The position numbers were made by a program, and so were the translations under genes. Source: Flavobacteriales bacterium (GTDB lineage: Bacteria > Bacteroidota > Bacteroidia > Flavobacteriales_F > PHOS-HE28). From it: a DNA stretch of 64,000 bases. How positions within the stretch are numbered: position 1 is the stretch's first letter; each line of letters starts with the position of its first letter. The notes under the pieces were generated by a model, which was not told where the DNA came from, did not search any database, and worked only from the letters and a program-made list of their open reading frames with translations. This document shows, one piece after another, positions 26,964-36,717 of the stretch. The stretch spans positions 44,519-108,518 of the forward strand of contig JAHDVX010000012.1 of the NCBI GenBank assembly GCA_023382455.1, written 5' to 3'.

Positions 26964-27614
26964 ATGGCCAAGATCAAGATGCCCAAGAGCAGCCCGGCGA
27001 TCGACATGACGCCGTTGGTTGATTTGGGCTTCCTGTTGGTGACCTTCTTCATGCTCACCGCGCAGTTCCGTCCGGAGGACAGCGTGGTGGTGGACATCCC
27101 CAGCAGCCGCAGCCAGCAGACCATCCCCACGGAGAACCTGATGACGGTGGTGGTGGATAGCGTTGGCCGCGTTTTCTGGGATTTCACCGACAAAAAGGTG
27201 CGCAAGGCGGTGATCGAGGAGATGGGCAACCGGTACAAGGTGAACTTCACCCCCGATCAGGTGCAGCGCTTCGTGAGCCTGGGGGCCATCGGCCTGCCCA
27301 TCCAGCAGATGCCGGCCTATTTGGACCTGGAGAGTTCCACGGAACGCGGACCGGTGGACAAGGCTTCCAAGGGCATTCCCATCGACAGCACGAACAACCA
27401 ATTGATAGACTGGATCCGCGTCACCCAGCTGATCTTCAGCAGCGGGGCCGAAGGGCGCAACCCCATCGTGGCGCTCAAGGGCGACGGCAACGTGGACTAC
27501 AGCGTCATGAACAAGGTGATCAAGATCTTCCAAAGCCCCACGGTGAAGATCAACCGGTTCAAGATGATCACCAACCTGGAAGAGAGCCGCATGGCGGTCA
27601 GTTCAACCAAATGA
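26964..27614 (+). CDS. exbD: Biopolymer transport protein ExbD/TolR
   Basis: IDMTPLVDLGFLLVTFFML N-terminal ExbD signature. Confidence 0.85.
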   Translation: MAKIKMPKSSPAIDMTPLVDLGFLLVTFFMLTAQFRPEDSVVVDIPSSRSQQTIPTENLMTVVVDSVGRVFWDFTDKKVRKAVIEEMGNRYKVNFTPDQVQRFVSLGAIGLPIQQMPAYLDLESSTERGPVDKASKGIPIDSTNNQLIDWIRVTQLIFSSGAEGRNPIVALKGDGNVDYSVMNKVIKIFQSPTVKINRFKMITNLEESRMAVSSTK

Positions 27615-27676
27615 CATCCTGCGTGTACAGGGTGATGAAAGGAAGGTACTTCAACAGGCTGAATCCATAGGAAACC

Positions 27677-28303
27677 ATGGCAGATGTAGGAGGACAGGAA
27701 GGCGGGGGCGGAGGGCGCCACCAGAAGAAGCGGGCCAAGAAAGGCAGCACCCACATCGACATGACGCCGATGGTGGACCTGGCCTTCCTGCTGCTCACCT
27801 TCTTCATCCTCACCACCACCATGTACAAGCCCTCCACCCTGCAGCTCACTTTCCCGGTGCCGCAGGACCAGCAGGAGCAGAAGAAGGACCTGGCCAAGGT
27901 GAACAACGCACTCACCCTCTTCCTCACCAAGGACGACCAGATTTTCTATTACCGCGATGCCTTCAAACCGGGTGAGACCCAGCTGACGCGCACCGATTTC
28001 TCGAAGATCACCAAGTACCTGATCGAGCAGAACAAGAGCACCTTCGACCAGGTGCAGGAGCTCAGCCGGCGGTACAACGCCAACGAGATCGACAAGGTGG
28101 CCTACGATTCACTGAAGAACAACGTACAGAAACAGGAGGAGGCCCTCTTCGTGATCATCAAGCCGGACGCGGACGCCAAGTACCGGAACATGATCGACAT
28201 GGTGGATGAGATGGACATCAGCGGCATCGGCAAGTTCGCGGTGCAGGATACCATCAAGCCGGAGGAGTTGGTGTTATTGGAAGCGGAGAAACTCAAATTC
28301 TGA
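27677..28303 (+). CDS. exbD: Biopolymer transport protein ExbD/TolR (second paralog)
   Basis: IDMTPMVDLAFLLLTFFIL signature. Confidence 0.85.
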   Translation: MADVGGQEGGGGGRHQKKRAKKGSTHIDMTPMVDLAFLLLTFFILTTTMYKPSTLQLTFPVPQDQQEQKKDLAKVNNALTLFLTKDDQIFYYRDAFKPGETQLTRTDFSKITKYLIEQNKSTFDQVQELSRRYNANEIDKVAYDSLKNNVQKQEEALFVIIKPDADAKYRNMIDMVDEMDISGIGKFAVQDTIKPEELVLLEAEKLKF

Positions 28304-28307
28304 CCCC

Positions 28308-29150
28308 ATGAGCTTTGTGATCCTCATCGCGTTGCTGGTCGGCTTGAGCGTCCTGCTCACGTTCGATACCACTTGGATGAACGTGTTGCAGGGCACGCGG
28401 AACGAACTGGTGTTCGCCACCCGTAACAAGGCGTACGGGGCCTTCGAGCTGCGCAAGGACTATTCGCGCCGGCTGGGTTTTGCCATGGTGGGCGCTGTGG
28501 CATTCTTCGTCGTGGCGGTGGGCACCCCTTGGGCCATCTCCAAGATGGGCCCCGCGGAGGCCGCCCCGGAGAAAGTGAAGATCGTGGAGGTGAACCTGGA
28601 CAACTTCACCGAGGACAAACCGGAGGAACCCCCGCCCCCGCCTGAGGTGATCCCTCCGCCCCAGCCCCAGATCGAGACCGTGCAGTTCGTGGCCGTGGAG
28701 GCCAGCGACGAGCCTGTGGAGGCACCGCCCCCCACCCAGGAGGACCTGAGCGAGACCACCGCCAGCACCACCACCCAGGAAGGGGAGAAGATCGATGCCC
28801 CGCCGCCGCCGCCGCCGCCGGTGGAGGAAGTGACCTACGACCTGGCCGCGGTACAGGAGCAGCCCGATTTTCCGGGTGGAATGGGCAAGATGTACGAATA
28901 TCTCCAGAAGAACACCAAGTACCCGGACATGGAGTTCGATGCCGGTATCCAAGGCAAGGTGTTCGTGGAGTTTGTGGTGGACAAGGACGGCAGCGTGGAG
29001 GATGTGAAGGTCCGCCGCGGAGTAAGCCCGGGCCTGGACAAGGAGGCTGTGCGTGCCGTGAAATCCATGCCCAAGTGGTCGCCGGGGAAAATGAACGGCA
29101 AGGCCGTGAAGTGCCGCTTCACCATCCCGGTGGACTTCAAGCTCAAGTGA
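28308..29150 (+). CDS. tonB: Energy transducer TonB
   Basis: ATG at 28308; N-terminal TM, Pro-rich spacer (EEPPPPPEVIPPPQPQ), C-terminal TonB domain (KVRRGVSPGLDKEAVRAVKSMPKWSPG). Confidence 0.9.
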   Translation: MSFVILIALLVGLSVLLTFDTTWMNVLQGTRNELVFATRNKAYGAFELRKDYSRRLGFAMVGAVAFFVVAVGTPWAISKMGPAEAAPEKVKIVEVNLDNFTEDKPEEPPPPPEVIPPPQPQIETVQFVAVEASDEPVEAPPPTQEDLSETTASTTTQEGEKIDAPPPPPPPVEEVTYDLAAVQEQPDFPGGMGKMYEYLQKNTKYPDMEFDAGIQGKVFVEFVVDKDGSVEDVKVRRGVSPGLDKEAVRAVKSMPKWSPGKMNGKAVKCRFTIPVDFKLK

Positions 29151-29211
29151 CCCGAGGCCTGCGCGGCGGCCCGGTGGCCGGCCGTGCGGATGCCCGACCC
29201 GGCGTTGCACC

Positions 29212-29403
29212 ATGAAGTATTTCGCCCTGCTGATGAGCGTGCTCTACCTGGTGGTGGGCACCTTGCTGCTGGTCTCGCCGGGCTTTCTTCCACAGGTCAC
29301 CCGGTTCCGCCTGCCGCTGGGTATCATCCTGCTTGCCTACGGCCTGGTGCGCGGCGCCATGTGGCGCCGCAAGCAGGCACAAAGCCGGGACCAGGTCGAT
29401 TAG
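29212..29403 (+). CDS. Small two-helix membrane protein (63 aa), hypothetical
   Basis: MKYFALLMSVLYLVVGTLLLVSPGF...LPLGIILLAYGLV; sits between the tonB paralogs. Confidence 0.4.
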   Translation: MKYFALLMSVLYLVVGTLLLVSPGFLPQVTRFRLPLGIILLAYGLVRGAMWRRKQAQSRDQVD

Positions 29404-29469
29404 TCCACCATTGGAGGTGCCGCGCCGCCCGATCGGGGCATCGGTACCAAGGCACCGGGAAACGGTGCA

Positions 29470-30396
29470 ATGAACCTGCGGCTTGCCGGGTTGTACAGGG
29501 AAACGAACGGCCTTTGGGCCCAATACCCGGCAAGCATGCTGACCGCAACCCTCATCGCCCTCTTCACCGTGATGTGCCTGGCCTTGAGTGCCGGGGCTTG
29601 GAACACGGAAACCAGCCCGGAACGGAATGAGCTGGTGTTTGCTGAACGCAACCAGGGCTATGGCGCCTTCCGCCTGCGCTCGGACCATGGCAAGCATGTG
29701 GCCATGGCCTTCATGGCAGCCATATGTCTGCTGGCCGCGACCCTGGTATTCCCATGGGCACTATTGCGGCATGCACCCGGCATACCTCCAGCGCCCAACG
29801 GCACCCATATCGTCTCCCAGGTGGTGGACGTGGTGTTTCCGCCTCCGCCTGCCGGGGCATTACCTGCACCGAAGCAGATAGCAGCACCGGCGCCGGTACC
29901 CAAGGCCGACCCGCTGACCGGGCCGGTGGAAGCGGCGGAGAAGGATTCGACGGCAACGGACCTCCCGCCGGTGGATACCTCGGGCACGGCAACCGCCAGC
30001 ACCCTCTCCCCGGGTACGGGTACAGCCACATCGGGCACGGGCGGGCAGACCCTCGCCGGGCATGGATTTGGCACAGATCCGGGCGGTACATGGGACCATG
30101 CCGAGGTGCAGGAAGTGCCCGGCTTCCCCGGTGGTGAGGCGGCCATGCGCGATTGGCTGAGGCGCCAAGTGGAGTTTCCCCGGGACCTGGACGGCAAGGA
30201 AGTGGTGTATGTGCAGTTCGTGGTGGGTACGGACGGCACCGTGGAGGATGTGAAAGTGGTAAAGGGCGACCACACGGGGTGCAAGGCCTCCGCAGTGGGC
30301 GCCGTGCGCCGCATGCCCCGCTGGAAACCTGCGCGGATGAACGGACAGGTTGTGCGCTGCCGCCTTATTTTGCCGGTGCGTTTCGAGGCCCTGTAG
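29470..30396 (+). CDS. TonB-family energy transducer (second paralog)
   Basis: Shares the RNELVFAERNQGYGAFRLR segment with TonB; Pro/Ala-rich spacer; C-terminal TonB domain (KVVKGDHTGCKASAVGAVRRMPRWKPA). Confidence 0.75.
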   Translation: MNLRLAGLYRETNGLWAQYPASMLTATLIALFTVMCLALSAGAWNTETSPERNELVFAERNQGYGAFRLRSDHGKHVAMAFMAAICLLAATLVFPWALLRHAPGIPPAPNGTHIVSQVVDVVFPPPPAGALPAPKQIAAPAPVPKADPLTGPVEAAEKDSTATDLPPVDTSGTATASTLSPGTGTATSGTGGQTLAGHGFGTDPGGTWDHAEVQEVPGFPGGEAAMRDWLRRQVEFPRDLDGKEVVYVQFVVGTDGTVEDVKVVKGDHTGCKASAVGAVRRMPRWKPARMNGQVVRCRLILPVRFEAL

Positions 30397-30451
30397 ACCG
30401 GCACATGGCGACCCGCGACCGTGGTGCGACCGGCCCCGGAAAACAACCGTG

Positions 30452-31390
30452 ATGGACAAAGGCAACCGGCACAACTTGGTGACTTTCGGCCTGGCCGGGC
30501 TCCTGCTCCTGCCCGCCTGCCGGTGGGATGCACCCGACCCGGAGCGGGACGACACGCCCACTTCCGGCCGGATCCTGGTGCTGGCCGATGCCGACTGCCG
30601 CGCGGTGATCGACCAGGAGCTGATGGTCTTCACCAGCTTCTACCCCAAGGCCGAGGTGAATGTGCGGTACATGGACGAGGCCGCGTTACTTCGGAACATG
30701 CAGTCGGACAGTGTGCGCTGTGTGGTCACCACCGTGGACCCGGGTGCCGACCAGGATGCGTATCTCCGTTCACGCAACATCACCCCGCGTATAGTGCCCG
30801 TGTACCATGGGGGCGTTGCCGTGGCCATCAACCCCGCGAGCCTTGTGCGGCAGCTGGACCTGGACGATCTGCGGCGCCTGCTGGACCGCCAAGCCCTCAA
30901 CGTGACCACGGATGTGGCGGACACACGGGCCTTGGACAGCCTGGAGGCCATTTTTGCTGGATCCGGCAGCGGCGTGGCGCGCCTGTTGGTGGATTCCTTG
31001 GGGATCAAGCAATTGAAGGCCCGTTCAGTGCCGGATGTGGCGGCCGCCATGGATCAGGTGGCCAACAACCCGCGAACGGTCGCCCTGCTGCCCTTTGAAG
31101 CCATCAGCGACCTGGACAACCCGCAGGTGCGGGAATGGCGAAACAGGGTGCGGCTGGTGCCCATCGCAGCCACACCCGGCGGGGAGGCCCTGTTGCCCTC
31201 CCAATCCACCTTGGCCGATGGGTCCTACCCGTTGCGGCGCACGGTTAAAATGATCGTCATGGAAGGAAAAAGCGGTCTTGGCACCGGTTTTGTTTCCTTT
31301 GTTGCCAACCATAAAGGACAACGGATCATCCTCAAGCTCGGCGTGGCACCCATCAGCATACCGTCGCGTGACGTGGAGATCGTACCCTGA
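30452..31390 (+). CDS. PstS-family phosphate-binding (PBP-like) lipoprotein; conserved member of the Bacteroidota ExbBD-TonB cluster
   Basis: ATG at 30452 gives MDKGNRHNLVTFGLAGLLLLPAC lipoprotein signal; PBP-like fold. Confidence 0.7.
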   Translation: MDKGNRHNLVTFGLAGLLLLPACRWDAPDPERDDTPTSGRILVLADADCRAVIDQELMVFTSFYPKAEVNVRYMDEAALLRNMQSDSVRCVVTTVDPGADQDAYLRSRNITPRIVPVYHGGVAVAINPASLVRQLDLDDLRRLLDRQALNVTTDVADTRALDSLEAIFAGSGSGVARLLVDSLGIKQLKARSVPDVAAAMDQVANNPRTVALLPFEAISDLDNPQVREWRNRVRLVPIAATPGGEALLPSQSTLADGSYPLRRTVKMIVMEGKSGLGTGFVSFVANHKGQRIILKLGVAPISIPSRDVEIVP

Positions 31391-31404
31391 GCATTTAACC
31401 TTTC

Positions 31405-33129
31405 ATGAAGACCCTTCTGACCATCGGCCTTTCCTGCGTTGCTTTTGGCGGTTTTGCGCAGTTGCAGCAGGCCATCAAGCTTACGGACAAGGAGCAGTTC
31501 GAGCATGCCGCCAAGGCATTCGAGGCCATTGTGAAAGCCAGCCCCACCAACGGCGAGGCCTGGTTCTACATGGGCGAGAACTACTACGCCAACGACCGTA
31601 CCGACAGCGCGGAGGCCGCCTACCGCAAGGGGATCGATGTGAATTCGCAGTTCCCGCTCAACTACGCCGGCCTGGGCAAGGTGCTGCGTGGGCAGGGCAA
31701 GACGGCCGAGGCCCAGCAGCAGTTCGCCCGTGCCACGGAGGTGGCCACGTTGAAGACCAACAAATACAGCAAACAGCAGATAGCGGCCACCTACCGGGAG
31801 GAGGCCGAGGGCCTGCTGGCCGGCAGCGATCCGGACTACGCAGCGGCCCTGGCCCTGGTGGAGCAGGCCATCGAACTGTACCCCAAGGATCCCCAGGCCT
31901 ACATCCTCAAGGGCGATGCCCTCTTCGGGCGCAACCCGCGCGACGGCTCGGCGCCGCTGGAGAACTACAAGAAGGCCATGGAACTGGAGCCGCAGAACGC
32001 CGAACCGCTGGCGCGCAAGGCCTTCATGTACTACCGGGCGAACAACTTCACCGCCTCCATCGAGGAATACAACAACGCCATCGCGCTCGACCCCGGCTTT
32101 GCGCCGGCCTGGCGCGGCCGCGCGGAAGCCTGGTTCAAGCAGCGTGATTTCGACAAGGCCACCGCCGACATGCGGAAATACCTGGAGCTCAACTCGGGCA
32201 GCACCAGTGCACGCGTGCGCAACGCGCAGTTCCTCTTCCTCGTGGGCAAGTACGCCGAGAGCCTCAAGGAGATCCAGGCCTTGGAGCAGGAGGGTGTGCA
32301 GAACATCGTACTGCTGCGCCTGAAGGCCTTCAACCTCACGGAGGAAGGACGCTTCGCCGAGGCGGACAGCACCTTGCAGGACTACTTCCGCAAGCAGCAG
32401 GTCGGGAAAGTGATCGGTGCGGACTACCAGTACGCGGCCAAGATCGCCCAGGGATTGGGCAAGGCCCAGGCCCAGGCCATCCAGGCGGGCACGCTGGCCA
32501 CGGCCCCCGTCCCGTATGATTCCCTCGCCGGCGAACAGTACATGAAGGCCGTCAGCCTTGACCATTCATTGGACTACCTCTACCTGGAGGCCGCCAAGGC
32601 CTTTACCGATGCACGGGTCTATACCAAGGCCGTGGACGCCATGCGCATGAAGGTGAAGGGCCCGCGCCCCGAGGTGAACGATTGGTACTACCTCGGCGCC
32701 ATGGCCAACCGGGCCAGGATGTTCCAGGTGGCCGACAGCGCTTGGGCGCAGTACATCAGTAAGCAGCCCAACATCTACCAGGGCTACCTCTACCGTGCAC
32801 GCGCCCAGGCCGGGATGGACACCGCTGACGTGAAGACCTGGGCGGCCAAGCCCTACTACGAGGAGGTGATCGCCAAGATGAAGCCCGAGGAACAGGGGCG
32901 AGCCAAGGCCGACCTGGAGGAGGCGTATAACTACATGGGCCTCTACTACCTGTACAGCAGCACGGAGATGGACCGTGCCAAGGCGAAATGCTGGTTCATG
33001 AAAGTGGCCGAGCTGAACGCCGGCACCAGCATCACCAAGCAAGTGAACGAGGTGTTCCTCAAGATGAAGGAGATCAAGGATGTGGTGCCCGCGCAATGCG
33101 GTGCCGCCACGGTGGAGCAGCCCAAGTGA
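31405..33129 (+). CDS. Tetratricopeptide-repeat protein (signal peptide)
   Basis: Multiple TPR units (AWFYMGENYY, AYILKGDALF, AWRGRAEAWF...). Confidence 0.8.
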   Translation: MKTLLTIGLSCVAFGGFAQLQQAIKLTDKEQFEHAAKAFEAIVKASPTNGEAWFYMGENYYANDRTDSAEAAYRKGIDVNSQFPLNYAGLGKVLRGQGKTAEAQQQFARATEVATLKTNKYSKQQIAATYREEAEGLLAGSDPDYAAALALVEQAIELYPKDPQAYILKGDALFGRNPRDGSAPLENYKKAMELEPQNAEPLARKAFMYYRANNFTASIEEYNNAIALDPGFAPAWRGRAEAWFKQRDFDKATADMRKYLELNSGSTSARVRNAQFLFLVGKYAESLKEIQALEQEGVQNIVLLRLKAFNLTEEGRFAEADSTLQDYFRKQQVGKVIGADYQYAAKIAQGLGKAQAQAIQAGTLATAPVPYDSLAGEQYMKAVSLDHSLDYLYLEAAKAFTDARVYTKAVDAMRMKVKGPRPEVNDWYYLGAMANRARMFQVADSAWAQYISKQPNIYQGYLYRARAQAGMDTADVKTWAAKPYYEEVIAKMKPEEQGRAKADLEEAYNYMGLYYLYSSTEMDRAKAKCWFMKVAELNAGTSITKQVNEVFLKMKEIKDVVPAQCGAATVEQPK

Positions 33130-33234
33130 CCGGCCCCCGGCCGGGAGGAACACGTGCCAACCCTTCCCGGTTTTTTGCCGTAGGAACTGCCCGATCTTCG
33201 CACCGGCGGCCTCCGCCGCCCCCAACCACGCACC

Positions 33235-34218
33235 ATGTACGACCTCATCCGCAACTTTCCCGACCACCTGAACGAAGCCCTTTCCATCGGGCGCCAAGCC
33301 AAGCTCTCCGCCCCGCGCGGGCCCTACGCCAACGTGGTGGTCACCGGGCTCGGCGGCAGCGGCATCGGCGGGCGCATCGCGGCACAAGCCGTGGCACACG
33401 AGGCCATCTGCCCCATCGAGGTGTTCAGCAACTACTACCTGCCGGCCTATGTGGGCAAGCACAGCCTGGTGATCGCATGCAGCTATAGCGGCAACACCGA
33501 GGAAACCCTGGCCGCCATGCACCAGGCCCTGGACAAGGGCGCGCATGTGGTGTGCATCACCAGTGGCGGCACCATGCTGGAGACCGCCAAGGCCCAAGGG
33601 CTGGACCATATCGTGATCCCGGGCGGAAACCCGCCGCGCACCATGCTGGCCTACTCGCTCACCCAGCAGTTCGTCGTCCTGAAACATTTCGGCATCATCC
33701 ACGGCGACTATCCGGCCTCCCTGGCCAAGGCCGCAGGCCACCTGAAAAGGGACCAGGAAGCGATCAAGGCGGCCGGCCAGGACCTCGCCCGGAAGCTGTT
33801 CGGCAAGCGTGCCGTCATTTACAGCGAAGCCTCCACCGAGGCGGTGAGCGTGCGTTTCCGCCAACAGATCAACGAGAACAGCAAGGAACTTTGCTGGCAC
33901 CACGCCATCCCGGAGATGAACCATAACGAGCTGGTGGGATGGGCCGGAGGCGACAAGGGCATTGCGGTGGTGATCTTCCGCCACATGGATGACCATGAAC
34001 GCAGCCAGATGCGCATGGAGATCAACAAGGAGATCTTTGCCAAGCACACGGCCGACATCCATGAGGTGTGGAGCCAAGGCGACGACCGCCTGGGGCGGCA
34101 GATCTACCTGATCCACCTGGGCGACTGGGCCAGCTGGTACTTGGCCGAGATGAAGGGCGTGGATGCCACCGAAATCGCCGTGATCAACATGCTCAAGGGC
34201 AAGTTGGCAGGCATGTGA
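33235..34218 (+). CDS. Bifunctional phosphoglucose/phosphomannose isomerase family protein (SIS domain)
   Basis: VVVTGLGGSGIGGRI ... VIACSYSGNTEETL SIS motifs. Confidence 0.8.
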   Translation: MYDLIRNFPDHLNEALSIGRQAKLSAPRGPYANVVVTGLGGSGIGGRIAAQAVAHEAICPIEVFSNYYLPAYVGKHSLVIACSYSGNTEETLAAMHQALDKGAHVVCITSGGTMLETAKAQGLDHIVIPGGNPPRTMLAYSLTQQFVVLKHFGIIHGDYPASLAKAAGHLKRDQEAIKAAGQDLARKLFGKRAVIYSEASTEAVSVRFRQQINENSKELCWHHAIPEMNHNELVGWAGGDKGIAVVIFRHMDDHERSQMRMEINKEIFAKHTADIHEVWSQGDDRLGRQIYLIHLGDWASWYLAEMKGVDATEIAVINMLKGKLAGM

Positions 34219-34332
34219 GATGGGGCCGGGCTCCCCGGCCAAGGTGTTTTTCGGGCGAAGTGGCTTGGGTCCATGGAAGTGGATGGATCACCGGCCATGA
34301 CGGACCTTTGCACCACTACCAGACCCAGACCG

Positions 34333-34563
34333 ATGTCCATCCTCCGTTTCCACTGGGATTTCCTCGGGCCCGATGCCGAGCCCACGGCCAAGCATTTTTG
34401 CCACCATGTGGAGGAGTTCTGCGAGATGCACGGGATCGCGGACCCGCGCACGTACACCACGATGGAGGGCCGGCGCTGCGTGGCCTCCATGGAGTGCGAT
34501 GAGAAGCACATGATCCTGGTGCGCGACCGTCTTCGGCCCAAGCGCGCGGAGCGGTTAGGGTGA
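34333..34563 (+). CDS. Small hypothetical protein (76 aa)
   Basis: MSILRFHWDFLGPDAEPTAKHFCHHVEEF...; protein-like composition. Confidence 0.45.
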   Translation: MSILRFHWDFLGPDAEPTAKHFCHHVEEFCEMHGIADPRTYTTMEGRRCVASMECDEKHMILVRDRLRPKRAERLG

Positions 34564-34586
34564 AATTGGCCGAACGGCCAAGGAAC

Positions 34587-35987
34587 TTATCCGAGCATCC
34601 GCCGGATCACCTTCTCCTTCCAGCCCGCATAAGGCGGAAATTGGACGCCGGGCTCGGGCAGGGTTCCAGCCCGCACGATGCCCTGGTGGTGCGTGAACAG
34701 GTCGAAGCTGGCCTTGCCGTGGTAGCGCCCCATGCCGCTGGTACCCACGCCGCCGAATGGGAGGTTCACGTCGCCGAAGTGCAGCATGCAGTGGTTGATG
34801 CAGCCGCCGCCGAAGGCGATCCGTTCGGTGAAATGCCGCTGCACGCGCCGGTCCTTGCTGAACACGTACAGCGCGAGCGGCGTGGGGTTGCGCCGCACCA
34901 GGGCCTCCACTTCCTCCGGCTCCCGCCACGGGATCACCGGCAGCACGGGCCCGAAGATCTCTTCGCGCATCACGGGGCTGTCCATCGGCACGTCGGTGAG
35001 CACGGTGGGCGCGATGTAGCGGTCGGCGGCATCGTGCTGCCCGCCAAACACGATCCGTCCATCGGACAAATACCGCTGCACCCGCCCGAAATGCTTGGCA
35101 TTCACTAAGCGCGCGAAGTCGGGCGATCGCTGCGGGTTCTTGCCGTAGAAGGCTTTGGTGTGCTTGGCAAGGGCTTGCAAGAAAGCATCCAGCGCATCGG
35201 CATGCACCAGCGCATAGTCCGTGGCGATGCAGGTTTGTCCGGCGTTGAAGAACTTGCTCCAGGCGATGCGCTTGGCGGCGCGGCGGATGTTCGCGCGGCG
35301 GTCCACGATGGCGGGGCTCTTGCCGCCCAACTCCAGGGTGACGGGCACCAGCTGCGGTGCGGCCTGCGCCAGGATGTTCCGTCCCACAGGTACCGAGCCG
35401 GTGAAGAAGATGTGGTCGAAGCGGAAGCCCGCGATCAGCGGGGGCACCACCTCGCTGCCGATGCCTTGCACCACGGCCACGTGGTCCTTCGCAAATGCTT
35501 CCGCGATGATGCGCCCCAGCACCTCGGCGGTGTGCGGCACTTCCTCGCTGGGCTTCACCACGGCACAGTTGCCGGCGGCCACCGCGCCCACCAGCGGTGC
35601 CAAGGCCAGCAGCACCGGATAGTTCCACGGGGCGATGATGAGCACCACGCCCAACGGCCGCACCCGGATTGAGCTGCTGTGGGGCCACAAGGCCAGCGGT
35701 GCGGCGACATGCTCCGGCTCCATCCAGGCGGACAGGTTTTCCAGGGCATGGTCGATCTCGGCGTGCACCTGCGCCAGTTCGCCCATGTAGGCCTCGAAGC
35801 GCGGCTTGCGCATGTCGGCGTGCAGGGCCGCCAACAGGGCTTCCTCATTGTCCTTCAAGGCGCTTTTCAACGCGCGGAGCGCGTCGCGGCGGAATGCGAA
35901 TTCCCGTGTTGCGCCGGATTGGAAGTAGGCTTGGAGCCCTTCAATTCGGCTGCCCAAGGCTTCCAGTCCAGCAGCGGCGGCGTCCAT
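34587..35987 (-). CDS. Aldehyde dehydrogenase family protein (class-3 / fatty-aldehyde type)
   Basis: ELGGKSP and ...GQTCIATDY catalytic Glu/Cys motifs. Confidence 0.85.
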   Translation of the reverse strand: MDAAAAGLEALGSRIEGLQAYFQSGATREFAFRRDALRALKSALKDNEEALLAALHADMRKPRFEAYMGELAQVHAEIDHALENLSAWMEPEHVAAPLALWPHSSSIRVRPLGVVLIIAPWNYPVLLALAPLVGAVAAGNCAVVKPSEEVPHTAEVLGRIIAEAFAKDHVAVVQGIGSEVVPPLIAGFRFDHIFFTGSVPVGRNILAQAAPQLVPVTLELGGKSPAIVDRRANIRRAAKRIAWSKFFNAGQTCIATDYALVHADALDAFLQALAKHTKAFYGKNPQRSPDFARLVNAKHFGRVQRYLSDGRIVFGGQHDAADRYIAPTVLTDVPMDSPVMREEIFGPVLPVIPWREPEEVEALVRRNPTPLALYVFSKDRRVQRHFTERIAFGGGCINHCMLHFGDVNLPFGGVGTSGMGRYHGKASFDLFTHHQGIVRAGTLPEPGVQFPPYAGWKEKVIRRMLG

Positions 35988-36019
35988 TGGTGTGAAAGTA
36001 TCCCGGGAAGGGGCGACGC

Positions 36020-36664
36020 TCACCGGGCATCAAAATTGGCCACGACGTAGTAGGGCCTGTAGGTGCGGCTCAGGGGGTCGAAAAGTTCTTGCACGGAGTA
36101 GGACCATCGGCCGGTTGCGCCGCGTCCCTGGTCCGGTTGGCGAAGCACATTGGCCACGTTTCCCGCTTGGCCGAGCAATAGGAAATCCAAGGTGCGTCCG
36201 TCCTCTGTAAGCACGACCAGCGTGAGGAACTGGCCCGAACGTACACTGGTCAGTTTACCCACGATGGATTGGGCCGGTGCCGTGTAGTTCCCGGCGCCTA
36301 CGCCAGGCGGTGGCGGGGGAGGAGGTTCAACGTCCATGGCATTCAGTCGCATGGACAAGGCACCAAAGGTCTTGGGGCATTTGGAGGCCATGCGGAATCC
36401 GACCATACGGCCGAATTCCTCCGCGTTCTTATCGGAACGCGCAAGATCCACCTTGTATTTCTTCTTCAATTGCTTCTGATAGGGTTCCGCGGCTTGCAAC
36501 ATGCACAAGCCCAAGGTCGTTTGCATTTCTTCCTTCGTCATGGTCGAATCCATGTCGCGGAGGCATTCACAGGCCTTTTCGGCGATGGGGTCCATCACGT
36601 CATCCTGCGCCGAGGAAATGGAGAATGTCAGTATGCTCAAGGTGATGGCAATACCAATACGCAT
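36020..36664 (-). CDS. Hypothetical secreted protein with a poly-proline tract
   Basis: True start is the internal ATG encoding MRIGIAITLSILTFSISSAQDD. The upstream 300 codons of the track ORF are Arg-rich antisense of the GT2 gene. Contains VEPPPPPPPGVG. Confidence 0.55.
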   Translation of the reverse strand: MRIGIAITLSILTFSISSAQDDVMDPIAEKACECLRDMDSTMTKEEMQTTLGLCMLQAAEPYQKQLKKKYKVDLARSDKNAEEFGRMVGFRMASKCPKTFGALSMRLNAMDVEPPPPPPPGVGAGNYTAPAQSIVGKLTSVRSGQFLTLVVLTEDGRTLDFLLLGQAGNVANVLRQPDQGRGATGRWSYSVQELFDPLSRTYRPYYVVANFDAR

Positions 36665-36717
36665 TGTCGGTTGAATGTAAGGAGGGCAAAGTAGCCAAAT
36701 AAGCAAATGTGGACTGG

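Noticed and set aside
32566-34242. 558-aa minus ORF
   Set aside because: Antisense across the TPR and SIS-isomerase genes.
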